A DNA stretch of 64,000 bases from Ramazzottius varieornatus (lineage: Eukaryota > Animalia > Tardigrada), in assembly GCA_001949185.1 (NCBI GenBank), contig BDGG01000002.1, positions 3,717,826 to 3,781,825 of the forward strand, read 5' to 3'. A program made the translations under genes and the position numbers. Positions 22,388 through 36,900 of the stretch are shown here, one piece after another. The notes under the pieces were generated by a model. It worked only from the letters and a program-made list of their open reading frames with translations, did no database searches and was not told the DNA's origin. Within the stretch, counting starts at the first letter, position 1. Each line of letters starts with the position of its first letter.

Positions 22388-24866
22388 CGGTAACAATAGT
22401 AAATCCTTTTGAAATTTTCACTGCACGGATTACGCAAACACGGTCGCAGTATCCCGGCAGTCGTATTTCTGTTCAGCAGTCATCGGACGAGGTTCGGTGC
22501 AGGACGATACGCAGTGTTGCAGACAAGTAGCTATACATATCACAGCTTTGTGACTCGATAACCAGCGCGGCTTCCATTCATTGATCGCATCAAAGTTTTC
22601 GACACAATACTGGCGCGACGTCGGGTCTCTTAGCCCACAAGATCAAAATTAGCATAAAACCATCATACCATTTCATATCCTTCTGGCCGGCATTTTGTGG
22701 TCAATATTCAGGTTCGACTGGTGTACAAAAGCACACAACAACGTTATAATTAACCTTGTTCTCAAGGCGCAAATGTCTCAGAAAAAAGTTAGAAGGAGCC
22801 GTGCGGTACATCGTCACGATGCAAGGCGTTGGAATCGATAGGAAATGGTGAAAAGTATTCCCTTGATCCTGCAGCCGGTAGTTTTTCTCTGCTTTCGCTA
22901 CAGAGCAGTTCGTCGTGTAGCTTCAAAAACGCGTTTGAACCGTGGATTGTACCACTTGGTCAAACAGTCCACTATACAATCAGTGTTGACTTTGGACTGG
23001 CTGACCGTGTGAAGCATCCATTATTTGGTTCCTCTTTTGTCCAGTTGATCCAGGAAAACCGCTATAATGGCCCCTCAAAGTGTTATGATATATAAGTCTA
23101 GACAATATTATGGCTACCCTTAAGTTACCCAAAAAAAATTCGCACTATGATACACCGCTCATCGTTCCACTTCCTGGTTTCGCGTTCGCATACTTCCAAT
23201 CTATGTCAAGATACCTCTTGCATACCTGAACCCAATGAGAGAAAGTATCATCTGCAGCAACTACGCAAAACCATGTCGCGGTCTGAAGTTTCGCTATTTT
23301 CTGAACGCTTCCAAAACTAGCGCTCAGCGGCTCAGCAGGAAGAGAGAAACGAATGAGTGCACTTCCTTCATTTACTTCAGAAGGGAACAAAGCTATGGCT
23401 GGGCATGAAGCAGAAAGAAGGTTGTATAGGGTAATGTAATACTTTACGTTAGTCTCATGACGTGGGGGAGGCGTTTTGTTTCACTCCGTTAAAACTGCCC
23501 GACATTAAGTCATTGCTGGCTCAGTTGACGGGAACAAATTGCGTTAACTCCAGGATCTTGAAAGAACTAAGAAAACATAACAATAACTAGAAAAATTCGC
23601 AGTTTTTGTGTCATTAAATTTCCTGCCTCAAGTAAAAAAGCAAAGCAGTCAATCAAGCGTAGAGGAGAGTTTGATATAGGCTATTTCGTTTCCCACCCCA
23701 GACTGGCTTGCCAGCCTAGCCCTGCCTGTTAAGCGTTCGACTTCTTGGCACCTACCCGGTGTGGGAACGCTAAGGTTCTCCCTGGCTATAAGGAAGCCGG
23801 AAGAACGGCCCTAGCTGAACTTCTTCCTTCACTGAGAGAAAACCTCCAGTATCCGTCATCCGCGGCTGAACCGGTGTTACAGGGTGGGGAGAATTTTTAG
23901 GTGCAGAAGTATGACTTGTCCCCTTGGTCTCTTCCGAAGTTAAAATTCTTTTCTGTCGCCATATCTCAATCTCTTTGAACAACTTATGCACTCACACTAG
24001 CACGGAATTCCCGAGATTTTTTGGGAGACATTTCGTTCCATTGCTGCAGAAGCCTGGAAGAAGAGGGACAATAATCTCCGTACCGCTACTTTTCAAACCC
24101 ACTTCCGGGAAGATTTTCCTATCTCGCTGGAGAAGGTCCAGTGTCTTGAGCAGGTGACAATCTGTTAGCAGGAGGATTTTACTATGATGAGCCTGAATGG
24201 GAAATTCCAGTTCCTATTCCAGTGTTTTGTTCAGAGTACACTCCGGAGCAGACATGCAACAGTAGTGAGTCCAGTCCGTGAATTAAATTCGTTTATTCAA
24301 CGGGAAGGTTTCCATAAATTATGCCTGTTCCAAAGAGGTCTGAAATGACGTTATCGCATTGCTGGATGAAGGAGATCTTTGACGGTCAGGCGTGTGAGGC
24401 GGCCATCAGAATTTTATCATGGTTCTCTTTCAGTGCCGCTCACGGTTCTAACTTTTCTGTCGTGGTTTGCCTTTGGCAACACATGACATTTCTCGCTTAG
24501 AAATGTTTCATAAAATGCCGGTAATGTGACATGTAGCAATGCGGTCTGCTATCGGCTATCGGCTCGTTATTGTTTTCAATCCAGAAAGGGGAAAAAGGCA
24601 GAACTCTGCGTTATTTTCAGGATGCGCGAAATAAGTGGGGTACGAAATTCTCTTGTTTTTTTGATCCTACTCATCTTATTTGAATGTGCTATGAAACTTC
24701 AGGAAGGCACGCTTTGGTCCTGAAAGAATTACATTATAGTTTGGTAAGGATCGGGTGTGACATGATCGGTCAACACATTGACGTCCACTTTCGATTTCAG
24801 TCTTCCGTAAGGGTAACTTTTGAATGAAAAGTTTCCAGAGCGAAACCGATCAACCCGATCCCCCAT

Positions 24867-25045
24867 TAGTGCTGGCAACGATACGGTATACCGATATCGT
24901 ATCGAAACATATCGAATCTTTGCGATAAAATATGCGGCAGATATCTTATCGCAAATATCGATATGAAGCTCGTATTGAATAACGCAATAAAATATTCGGC
25001 GATATCGTATCGCGCCATATCGATATATTATCGATATATCGGTAT
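24867..25045. repeat. hAT-like MITE fragment with dense GATATC/ATCG motif array
   Basis: Starts tagtgctggcaacgatac, followed by many cgatatc and tatcg units; no matching second end found. Confidence 0.55.
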
Positions 25046-27518
25046 TTTGCTGAATGGCAAACTCGCCAGTGATATCTCGTTCACAGAAGACCATGGATGA
25101 TTTCAAAGACTTGATTTTGGCCATGGTGTACCGAGCACACTCCGCCCATTCGGTTCTGGTACTAATTCTGTCCAGGTTTCCATGTGTTTGAACTCATTGT
25201 ATAGTCATGTCTTTGCCGCATCCGACGCTTTCGATCTTACTAATACTTTATGTGGATTTCGGCTTGTTGAGTTTTTGAGCTTGAACCAGTGGAATTTCGA
25301 AAAACTGAAAATTCCAGAAATATCCCCCATGGTGAAACTGTTAGGTGTTTCATCGTCAAACACGGATCTGATTTTTTTCAACGGTGCGAGACGCGATCGT
25401 GCCTCGATGAAATTCAAACACCAAAATCCCTGAAATTTCACTCATGCATGACTCCGTCGAAATAATCCCTGGCGTACTCCAGAGCTGAAAAACCTGAATC
25501 AATGGAGTGTCAAACGAGGGGCGAGAGTTGGTAGACTGACCGGAGAAAATGTTTAGAACGAAAGGTGGAGGAGGAGGGGGGTCAGAACTATGAATTTTTG
25601 AAGTCAAGATGTCATAAGGAAGACAAGTCATACTTTCGCACCTCATACATAGGATTCGGGTCCTAGACCTGCCATGCCAATTTCCTCACACATACTAGTA
25701 TTCCTAACTCGCGAACCTAACAGCCGAGAAGAACTCTCTCCCTGAAAACTGAAGGCTTTCCCGAAGTACTCTTTTTCCTCAGAACCATGTCTCTGGAGAA
25801 CCTTTTCCCCTTAAATCTCTTACTGCAGAAACTTTTGCGAGAATCCGCCAACAACAAAGAACAAGAGAACAGAGAAGTTCACTAGATCCCCAACAGGCGG
25901 AACAACTTTTTTGACTCCGAACGGGTAGAACGACCCTTTTTCAACCTGAAGTTCCTGACAATATTCGAGGGCATCGAGTATTAGCTTCTCTATGGATAGA
26001 GCTCTTACAAAACTGCTCGCCCCTCTGGTTAGATATTCCCGGAAATTCTGGGAGTAACTATCAGCTGGGATAACCCCCAACATGGGGGTTTCACGTTTGA
26101 ACAGATGCAGGCGTATCCTCACCCCGCATAATGTCACTGTGGGGTCAAAACATTTTCACTCGAGAATTCGAACCCCTTCAGATTTTTCTGACTTTGCCAC
26201 CTGATCACTGGACAGACGGCCAAATGAACCCCAGCATCGTGCTCTGCTCCTCGACGTCTGCTAACCAGATTGCATCTGCAGTTTGGCTTTCACCTTGGGG
26301 TTAACGTGCCCCATTGGGCTGGTGCATGACCGTTCATCAACAGAAAGCGAACTTTCAGAAAAAGGAATTTTTCGGCATATTCGTGTCTGCTGTCGCTGCG
26401 ACTGATTCACACTATAAGTCCGAGCGAGAATCACGGGTATCATTTTTGACGCAGGTTTGCCTTCCCATCACCAGCGGGAGCTGCACATCAGGAAGTAGTG
26501 CAAGGCCGCTGTGCTTCTTCATGGATGCCAGAACCTTGGCAATCCCAAAAACAACAGTGATTTTATAATCGGCATGTGGTGTTCTTGAAGGTTCCATGTC
26601 AGAGTAATCCTCATGATTATCAGAATTAGTTTCTGGTGCAGGTCTTCTCTAGTCCACAGTCCTTAGTCTTTTCAGCTGGTCGCTCGTATCATAGTTGAAG
26701 TTTGTGTTTTTTTCGAGATTTGAGGCTTTCGGAGACAGCCTCTCCGGAAGTGATGTTTGCCGACAGATCACCGCCTTCGTTATGAAATGCTTGTTTTTGC
26801 TTGAACTTAAGATCTTGAAACATAAGTCGAGCCCTTATGTAAACAAGTTACGAGAGTGATGTCTGATGAGGATGTGAATCACATCACAGAACTTCAGTTT
26901 TGATACACTAAATTCCATTCGGCAACAAAAAACCTATACCCGTGGTTTTTCCATCAGAATAGTCATACACCTCAGTCAACCGTCAAGACCAAAATTTTCG
27001 CTGAGCGCACCTTTCGAACGTCTTCGAGCTTGGATTCAAACCAAAGATTTACGAACACGCGACCCAGTTCCTGACTTTGGTTACCACATCATCTTCACAA
27101 GTGCGAAACGCTTAACAACTCTCCTTCGCGCTGCACTTACTTTCAAACATTGACGGTGGTACTCATCAGCAAAAACACAAGAAATAAGGTTGACGCGGAA
27201 GATGCGCCTGTGCCAAAAAGTCAGAAAGCCCGTATTAACATACACCGGTAATTCAACGCACGACAGGTAAATCCCAAAAGCCGATGGAATAGTCTATGTT
27301 GCCGTTATTTCCGAATGAATATCAGGCGTAACGTTTCCGGTGGCTAATCTGGAAGTTAGATTAGTCTACCGTCCGGCTGGCGAAAAGTGAGACTAAAGCC
27401 TTCGTCGTATGTTCTCGTAATGGTCTTGGGGATCCATCGACGGTGAGGATTGCCGGTTTAGCGTCAGAGACACTTGTTCGTTGGTCCCGGTCGTGCAAAT
27501 ACTACTGGGCAGGCAAAG

Positions 27519-30040
27519 ATGACGCCATCAACGCTGACGATGGCCGGACCGGACACCCCGCATCAAGGTAACTTAATTTGTTTGCAAATCATCTTCAGCT
27601 CGTCAGACATGGCAACCTTTGATGGGTTAATCAATAATTATAATTTATTAGATTCAACCGCAACATTCTCACCGGTGGCGACGGTCAGTGGAACTTTGGA
27701 TGCCGCTCGGCGATCGATTCGTTTCCTCACCTTCTCCGGGTCGCCAAGAGGGCCGACCACCGACCTTGACAATGGACCTAGTCCTCCATATCAAGAGCAG
27801 GACCCTCGTGAGCCCCAGCCATCTGTTCAGGGCGAAGAGCCTCAAGTCGGAGCCCATAGCCTGGTTCCCAGAGGCTCGATTAGAAGAAACATCGATCTGG
27901 GTACCAGCGTACTCTCCAAGACCAACACTGAGAAGCAGCTATTTACTCTGGAAGAGGACAAGCCTAAGAAACAAGGAAGCTTGGTCACAATGTAGGAATA
28001 ACAGTCTGTTGTTTGAAATGCGCATCACTTAACTTCATTTGTCGCAGATTTGCAATATGGAATACGATGATGGGTTCTTCGTTGCTCATCATGCCATGGG
28101 CGATCGCGCAGGTATGTTCAGCAACATACGATTTCACGACACTAGCACATGACGTCACTGCGGAGTTCAGGATTTTAACAACTGAGTATATTCTCTGTAG
28201 GCTGGCTATGTACTCGGAATCGGGCTCACAATTTTCTTGGGATGTCTTTCTTATTATACATGTGGTTTGGTGCTGAAGACATCGGAGAAGGATGGAGAAT
28301 CGGGTGACGAAGAGAAAGTCGTTAAGCCAGAGTTTTCAGATTTCGGCGATGCGATCGAGTACTTTCTGGGCCGTCGTCTTTCGCTGTTTGGAATAATCAT
28401 CTCGCTGCTCACCTTCCTCGGTGCTCTCGTAGCGTACTGGATATTCATGTCCAGATTTCTCTTCAACGTCGGAAACGTTATCCATCGTAAGTCATTTAGA
28501 GCTTACACGTATCAAAATTAAGATGGTCGTCTCAAAGTGGAACAACATGGAAATCTGTAAAGTTGTCGGGGAAGAAATTCTGTTGTCGTCATTGCGTAGC
28601 GCAATCGTTTGACCGGACCTTTGCAGACATCACAGTTTTCCTGCGGCCTTTTCTACTTTCGGCTCTTTTTGTGCGTTTTCTACAACGACTTTACGACATG
28701 TCACACGTTTCCACGTTTTAGATTATGCGTGGGACAACAACCAAACCACTATTAACCATCGGCAGATCCTGGAGAACCTCGACGATGAGCCACCAGGAAC
28801 AGGTGTCAAGTCAGTTTCATCATTTCATCGCTACTGGTCTGCTGAGTACACGGTCCCGGCCTACCTTATCCTAATCCTCTACCCGATTTCCTGTATGAAA
28901 GAACCAACTGTCTTCACAAAGTTTAACGCTTTGGGAGTAGGCTCGGTTCTTATTCTGATCGGGTACGTCATCTATCGAGCCGCACTATGGGGCGTCAACA
29001 TGGACCATTTCAAGGACCCTTCTATCGTCGGTAAGGTGATGCCAATTGGGAGGTGGCAGTATCGTTGTCTCGAGTGGCGCACCCCTTCCAAGTCAGCGAT
29101 AATTACAACGTGCGCCACTTGGAACAACCATCTTGTACATTTCGTTTGCCAAGCTTCCAATTGATGTAAATGAGTTTCTTGGTTCTGAACATTTTACTCG
29201 ATGCTATGCAGGGTTCAACACAAAGTTTCCCGCCATTACTGGGTCGCTATCCATGGGGTTCTTCATCCACAATGGAATACTACCGATCACAGCACATCAC
29301 GCCAAGCCCGCCAACAAGAAGCGCGACCTTGGCATCGCCTATCTTCTCGTAGCTTTGACGTACCTCACCATCGGCATAATATACTACATAACTTATCCTG
29401 ACAGAAAGGATGGAATACCCGATGTAAAATACAAGAAAGTTCCTGTTACGGCTCTTGTCTTACCAACACCTTGTTTCTTGCAGAACTTCCTCCGATTGGT
29501 CACGAAAGACGACATCTACGGAATTATATCCAGCGTCTTCCTGTTGTTTCAAATGGTCACTGTCTACCCACTGCTTCTCTTTATGTTCCGTAATCAGTTC
29601 ATGACGAAGATCCTTCACATCGCCAATTACAGGTAAGTCCATGTGGAACTCGGGCTCAAAAGTCAGTCTCGAATGTAGCGAACTTTCTACAGGTACGCTT
29701 GGATATTTGTGCTGAACGCTGTTGTCGTGCTCATCTGCGTTCTTCTCGCCATGTTCTGGCCTCGAGTTGGTGCTCTGATAAGGTACTGTACTTTTTCCAG
29801 GTTTGGTAACAGTTCGATCCAGTCTAGCTGTGGTACCAGGATGTAAATGGTTTAACTGTTTACAGGATCGTCGGAGCGATTTCTGGGTTCGTGTACAACT
29901 ATACGTTTCCTTGTCTAGTGTATCTCGCAGCACTTCGAGCGTCCGGACGTCTCACCAAGTTCAATCTTCTTATTCATTCGGCGATTGTGGTTTTCGGTGT
30001 TTTGAATTTGATCGGGCAGTTTGTTATACCTCTTGACTAG
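27519..30040 (+). CDS. SLC38A9: Lysosomal amino-acid transporter/arginine sensor SLC38A9; multi-exon
   Basis: QGSLVTIFAIWNTMMGSSLLIMPWA, KEPTVFTKFNALG, FFIHNGILPI, FQMVTVYPLL, C-terminal GVLNLIGQF; canonical splice sites; start approximate. Confidence 0.92.
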
Positions 30041-30282
30041 AACGAACGGAAGATCGTCGTGTTGCTGCTGTACAAACCGAGCTTTCAGTGTTTTTATTTC
30101 TGACATGACGTTACTGTAGATATCCAGTTTCTAGTTTTTAATCCGGTCGGGGAAAATCGACAATTTGCAAAACTCTTTTTATGGATTCAAACCATCATAG
30201 TGTCTACTACTGCGCCTCTTCGGGTTGGAGGAGTCACCCGCAGGAGTGACTCGTACCCCACTGTGAAGGAGTTAACCCGTAG

Positions 30283-30569
30283 CAGAGATGGGATAAGTGT
30301 GATTTACCGAAATTTACCGAAACTAAATCGAACTTATCGAGTTGGTATGAGAAATTACCGAAACCGAAAATATTGGTGTGAGTCTCGCACCGAAAAACCG
30401 ATTTCGGTGTGCGTTCGCACCAAACCGATACCAAATCGAAACAGACCGAAATGCCCAGAGAGATGAGAGTTTGACCGATTTCTGAGCGATCCCGATCTGG
30501 TTGATCTGTTGCGATAAATCGAAATTTCGGTGCAGCAATTTACCAGATCACTGCTCAATCCCAAACTTT
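30283..30569. repeat. Degenerate hAT-like MITE with ACCGAAA motif array
   Basis: cagagatgggat...atcccaaacttt; many accgaaa and tttcggt units; no TSD seen. Confidence 0.5.
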
Positions 30570-30942
30570 CAAGGATAGATCGGTAGATAAAATAATGAGC
30601 TGTCGAGTGGTATTAGGTGCAGTCAACGCGGGCAGTCAGAGAGTCCAACAGATCCGTAATTAAAGAAACGTTGAAATCCCATGTTAAAAAACCAAGGCTG
30701 ACAATCAAATAGTCAATCAAGCGATGGACTACAGCCGTGGCTAAGTTTACAAACCCGGGATGGGGCGGCTAAGTTTACAACCTTTCCCTCGTACCACAAA
30801 ACAACGAGATAGCCCATACCAATGTTTTTTTCTTTGACTATTACCTCCAGCCAGTTACTCGATCATGCTGTATTGTCCATGACCACTTGTTCCAGTCCGA
30901 AAAGGCTGGACGCTCAGTTTATTCATGGTTTCAAAAGCTGGA

Positions 30943-33900
30943 ATGGCGGATGAACGGTAGCCGGAACTGTGAATCTATCTTCGCCGACAGACCGCTCAAA
31001 GTCATGGCAACCTTTGGGATGTTACCCTACCCGATCGGATCGAGGAATATGGAGCGTACTAGACGACCACGATCGAGTAACCATACATCCATTCACGTGC
31101 ATATGGCTTCTCGTTTCGGTTGGTGCAAGTTTAGCCCGCGTTCAAGTTTTTCCGGATATTTTTCTACCTGGCGACTTGTAGAGACACGTTGACTTGGGAG
31201 AGACTTTAGGTGGCCTTACCGCCATGGCTTCAGCCGAGCAATCTCGAACCACGACGTAAGTTAATCTTTCAAAGATGTAGAACAAACTTGTGTATAGTGT
31301 GATAAGCGGGCTGGTCGCCAAGTCATTTACCAAATTTTCCCATCGATTTTGTAGAGTGGTCCAAGGCGCTATTGCGTCGGGAGCATTGTTTGTGTCGGAA
31401 GATGACATCGGATATACGGCTGGACACGCCATACGTTTTGTGCCCATCACGGAATTGTTTCCTCACGATCACCTTGTTCGTGAAGATTCAATTTACCAAA
31501 TCCCTCATGCCAACTTTGGCTTCTTCCGAACCTGCCCCAACAAAAGGATCTTTTCTATCGCTTCGTTATCGCCTCCGATCACGGTCTTCATCCTCCATTT
31601 TCCCGATTTCCGAGAAATGTCTCGAATTGATGGTATGGTACGTGACTTTGTTTCACTACTTGCTTATGTTCCGTGTTTCAAATCAGCCCTCATTTGGTTG
31701 AGCCGATTATCAGACCAGTACCTAATTACAAGCCTTCTTACGCAGGTGCCGCTGGATCGGAGCTTCTGGGTGTTGAATTTACCTACACCAAGTTGTTGAT
31801 CACCTTATCTGGTCGAGCGGAAAATTCGCTGAAAATATGGTGAGCTGGTCTGCATACATGCTCGTCTGAATTTCATGCAGTCCGAAAATATAACGCGAAG
31901 GCCGGCAAAGAATCTCGGGGTCATTGTTATCCCAAGTGGTGTACGTCTTTAGCCAGTAATAACGAACAGTGCGCCACTTGAGACAGCGACCATGACGAGC
32001 TTGTTTGGTGGTAGGCAGTTATTTCTAAAGCCCACTTCGGTGTTTGTAGGAGCTGGGATACACGGGAACAACTTTGCTCAGTCCATCTGCCCAACGTCTT
32101 CGTCCCAAACATTCGACTATCCTCCTCAACGTGGAACTGGAGAGACTTCTGCCTGACAGGGGACAACTCCTTCTGTATCTTTTCAATAGACCACGCAGTG
32201 TCGGCTGACAGCGAAGAAGCTCGAGTGTCCAGCGTTACCGAGAGGTACGAGAAGGTAATCCAAACCTTATGCTGCCACTTTCCTGTCGTTTCCTCCTTTC
32301 TTATGGTATCTTAGCCACATCACATTAATTCTGTTTTCCTAGACCATTCCAAATGCCATACAGTCAGCGCCATCCGCCCAAAGCACTTGGAGACCTGTTC
32401 CAGTGTCTTCACTGCGCCAACCCGGATGACTACTTCAGCGTCGAATCCATCGCCCAAGTTTCCCCTGACGTCACTGCAGCCTTCGTCGATGAAGTCCTCG
32501 AAAGACGTCGACTAATCCCAACGTGTCACTCATGGCACGTTGATGGCGGTTTGTACATCGGGACCAACGAAGGCCTCGTCCTCTACTTCCATCCACACAA
32601 ATGCTCCACACCTCCCGTCAGTCTCACCGTCGACCTACCCACTCTCCCCGTAAGGAAACTCTGCGCTTCGAAATATGGCTTAGCCATCATGATGCAAGAG
32701 GGCAGTTACTATTTTGCCCACATGTCATCAGCGACGGAAGTGATGCAGCTGAGCAAACCGCTTTCTGATACAAAAGTCCTGGATGTGATAATGGGACCCA
32801 ACTGCGAGAAATTACTCGCGGTGACGGTGGAGGCCGATATGGTCCGCTTCGAGTCACCGGACAGCGATATCAAGAAGACTCTGTACAACAGCAAAGACTT
32901 TGCGAAGTATTTGACCATCGGCAAGTTTCCCGGTGGGTGTCTGTGTACGCTTCAGGAGCTGGGTGTACTGAAGATTTGGAACTACAACGATGAACCCGAG
33001 TTTGTGTACCAGCTACAAGTGCCGGCAGTTTCTATCGCTGCGTCGCCGATCATGGATTGCTTGGTTGTGGGAACGAGTAATGGATATGTGCATATTTTGG
33101 ACTGTCGTTTTTGCCATAATGGGAGGGTTCCCCGCTTAGTCCACTCCGTGAGGTTGTTCGATTCGGACATCAAGAAGATCAGGTTCGATAGTACGGGGCA
33201 AGTGATTATGGTCACAGCTGAAAAGCCGGAAAACAAGATGGTCATCTTGGCGGCACAAGCGTTCGTATCGTGGAAGGTGTTGGGCTTCGTGAAGATGACA
33301 GGGACTATTGTGCATTACGAGGGTGTTCGAGATGAGGATGGCAACATCTTTGTCGCTGTAAGCATTGCTGGAAACTCAGGAGTCCACTCGACAGGTCACG
33401 GTATGCTGCAAAAACGTTTTGTTAATTGACATCTGACCATAACTGTGGAAAACCGCTTATCACTGGTTCGAATATTTCCGGTTATTGTTTTCCAAGCATG
33501 ATCCGCTTTGATATGTGTGATAATGAAGAAACCAAAGTGCTTTGAATGCATCAGATATAAGCAAGAAGTTTATTCTCTGTTTGTTTGGATCTTCACCCAC
33601 ATACAGTACGAATTCGCGTTGGTATTTATAGCTTCGGATCTGGCGACATTCCGCCTCAGCCCCACGCTGATTGACGATCCAGTGCCGTTCCATTCCGGCA
33701 CCAAAGAGGAGTTTTCTCCACCATGCATGACCTACCACAAGCTGCGCATGAAAACCGGTTTTACCAGCTTCGCCATCCAAACAACCACCTCCATCGTTTT
33801 CGCCACCACGACCAAGCACCTCGTCCACGCCTACAGCGACACCTGGACGAGAACCCCCGACATTATCAACCACACGAGCACTGTACGGCCTATGGTCCAA

Positions 33901-36900
33901 GTCGACTTCCTTCCTGAAACAAAGCTCGTCTTCAGCGTAAGTGTCAAAGGTGGCATGAGCGTCAGCTTACTGGAAGACCTCAGTGTGGTCCTTAAGGACG
34001 ATTGTGATGTCGGCTATGTGAAGGATGCACTGTGGAAGCAAGATCAAGGAGGGTTCCATGTGTACCATGTAACCCATCAGGGGGAGCTGATAGTTCGAAC
34101 CTCACCGTTTTTGTCGGGTATTGAAACAGAAAAGCGGGAAGAAATAAGGGATGCCGTGAGGGAAGACATGGAGCTACTGAAAAGTCTCCCGACTAGCGAA
34201 AACGACTTTGTTGTAAGGTGAGGCGACGCATTCGTTTGAGCATTTTGCTTCCTGAACAAATTTACTGGATCGCGTTGATTTAGGTATGAAGAGGCAGAAA
34301 GTTTTGCGCCATCGGAACACACCGAAGAGGAACCCTGGCTCAGCAAGAAGCTGCGTCTGTTCGAAGATGCCAAGCATGCCGAGCACTTGGCGCGTTCTGT
34401 CGCCATGAAGGATCGCTTCGCCCATTTGAAGCGGAAGCTGATGCGCTACTACGAACAGAACGAAACCCTGCACTCGTTACAGCGCCTTCCGGACGAATGG
34501 TTCGATCTACTGGACGACAAGTTCACGCGATTGAAGAGGAAACGCGAATCAGAAATTAGCAAGCTCCAACTGAAAGCCGCGCTGGAAGTTATCGAACACC
34601 GGCTGATGAAGGAAAAGCTGGTCGGACGATACCTGTCGCGACTGACGACACAACGGCAATGCATGTACTCATTGAACAGCAATGCCAGCTTGTCGAACTT
34701 CCCGGTTCCGCGAAGGACCCAGGGGATGGACAAAACGGCAGGAATCGCGGAACTCAGCAGATGCCTCGAAAAACATATTCAGGTAAACAAAGGTCTGTCT
34801 CTTTCGGTGATTACAATGGCTATATAATGATTATTGAACAGAGTCCGCCAGCGAGAAACTACGGCAGGAAAACGAACAGTGAGCATAATAAGATTAATAG
34901 CCATACTTTTATTAATATCTCAGGAGAAAGCTGAACACCTACCATCGGCAAACCGAGCTCGCAACAACAGCATTCCAACCAACTACACCAATTTCCTTTC
35001 CGACTGTGACTACGTGCTCCAGACTATGGCTATGGTATGCGACGAAGAACCCATGCCGAAGCTCTCTCCCTTCGAAGACCTCTACTTCGACGACACAGTG
35101 ACGTCCCGAATACAGCGAGTGCATCAGGTTGTACTACTTCGAGAATGCGAATTGCTACTGAAGGAAGCGTTCAACCGTAAATTCGATGAGCTCATGAGCA
35201 GAAAGAGGAGCACGGTGCAAATGTTGGCTAAACGGTTAGACGTCATCGGCGAGAAGCTGGCCAGTTCTGACCATGGTCTGACGCTTCCGTCGGCGGACTT
35301 GCTCGTCCGAAACGACGAAGACCCGAGGAAGACGCTCTATCAAGTCACCGAGGAGCAGATACTCGAGCGCTTGGTAAAAGATGCCATCCCGATACCGCTG
35401 AATTTTGGACGCTCCAACAAAATTCAACGAGCCGGTATGTATCTCGACGACAAACTGCCGTGAATTTTTGGCTTTCCCCAATACTTGCCCAACAAAAAAA
35501 TACGATAACTTTTTCCTTTAGGAACGCAGTACAAGTATGACGAGAAATTATGGGACAGTAAAAATTATGTGACAAGCGGAGAAGACGGCAAAATTAAAAT
35601 GCAATCATAGTAAATTTCGAAAAGTGTATTAGTGTGAATCGGTCGCCTACGTACGTGCTTCCGTGCTGCCGTAGCGGAAAGGTCTGTCCCATAATTTCTT
35701 ATCGCACGTGTACGTGGTCTTAGCGTAGGCGCACTACTATTTTGAATGTTTTCATTCAGATTTTCAAGCATTTGCCCGACGATTTTCTATCCTTTGTTTT
35801 GTCAACAGGTACTCCACTCCAGTCATCGACTTCGGCGTATCTCTCTTCTCGCATGCAAGTACCGACGCCACTCACGCCAGCAGACGACACGTCGAAAATT
35901 CCTGAAACCCTGATTCGCGAATGCGTTGAAGGCATCGCAGAATTTGATAAAGACCTTCTCGACTTACAGCGGTTGAAGGACCGCGTCACTTTCGCGGTCG
36001 GTATGGTCCAACTACGGTCCATGTACCTCCGTCTCCGTATGTCCTGTATAAATCAGATTTCCATCCACGCCGAACATCTGTCCGCAAAGATCAGAGAAAC
36101 CGTCCCGAAACTGTCCGCCATGAAAAGTAACATTACTCGCTCGAAGAAAGTTGTCGACCAAATTAAGATGGACTACGACAAGATCGTCCAGAACGACGCT
36201 ACGTTAGACCATTACGTCAAAAACAAGCTACACGAAGTGTCCGACCTCGATGGTCGATTGCTCGTTCAGATTTACAGGAAACGCCCTCATCCCTTGAGAG
36301 GACTCAAGCAAGTGAAGCATTTCAAGGGACAGATGACCCGACCGAGAAGTAGCGAGCTGAGGGAGAGCGTCACCGCCGACTTCTTCGAGACAGTCGCGCA
36401 GATTGAAGACACGGTACACCGACCGGAGGATATCGAGTTAAAGACATGGATCAAGTTCTGTGAGCTGAGAAGGAGAAAGATGGAGTGTGAGATGGAGTTT
36501 TGGATGAAGCATTTGGAGATGGATCAACATCATGGCGTGCTGAAAGATTATGTGACGCTGGAGAAAATCGTGCAGCAGGAAGTGGATAGTTTGAGCGGAT
36601 CGAAGAGCAGGGCGGACAACACTCAGAGGTTATTGACGAGGAACGCAGACTTTGTGATGGCGCTGAAACATGGGCAGGTCGAAGTGGATCTGAAACCGTT
36701 TGAGGACTTCAACACGCGAGTGATTGCCATACCGCTGAGTCGAATCGAAGAAAAGAACGCCATTTTACAGGTGGGTAGGAGATTGTATCTGTGGGCCTTC
36801 CTTCGTTTGACTACTATATTCAAGTTTGTTTAGATGGAATGCAAGAAGAAGATGGAGATTCTGACGGAATTGGTGAAGCATAAAGAAGCCGTCGTTTTAC

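Noticed and set aside
24867-25045. Dense short repeats as a possible CRISPR array (also 30283-30569)
   Set aside because: Irregular 5-7 bp motifs without constant repeat-spacer periodicity; eukaryotic context; fits MITE subterminal arrays
31001-31011. RFX/X-box half-site (catggcaac) near the CFAP43 start
   Set aside because: Only a half-site, and probably within coding sequence; could be chance
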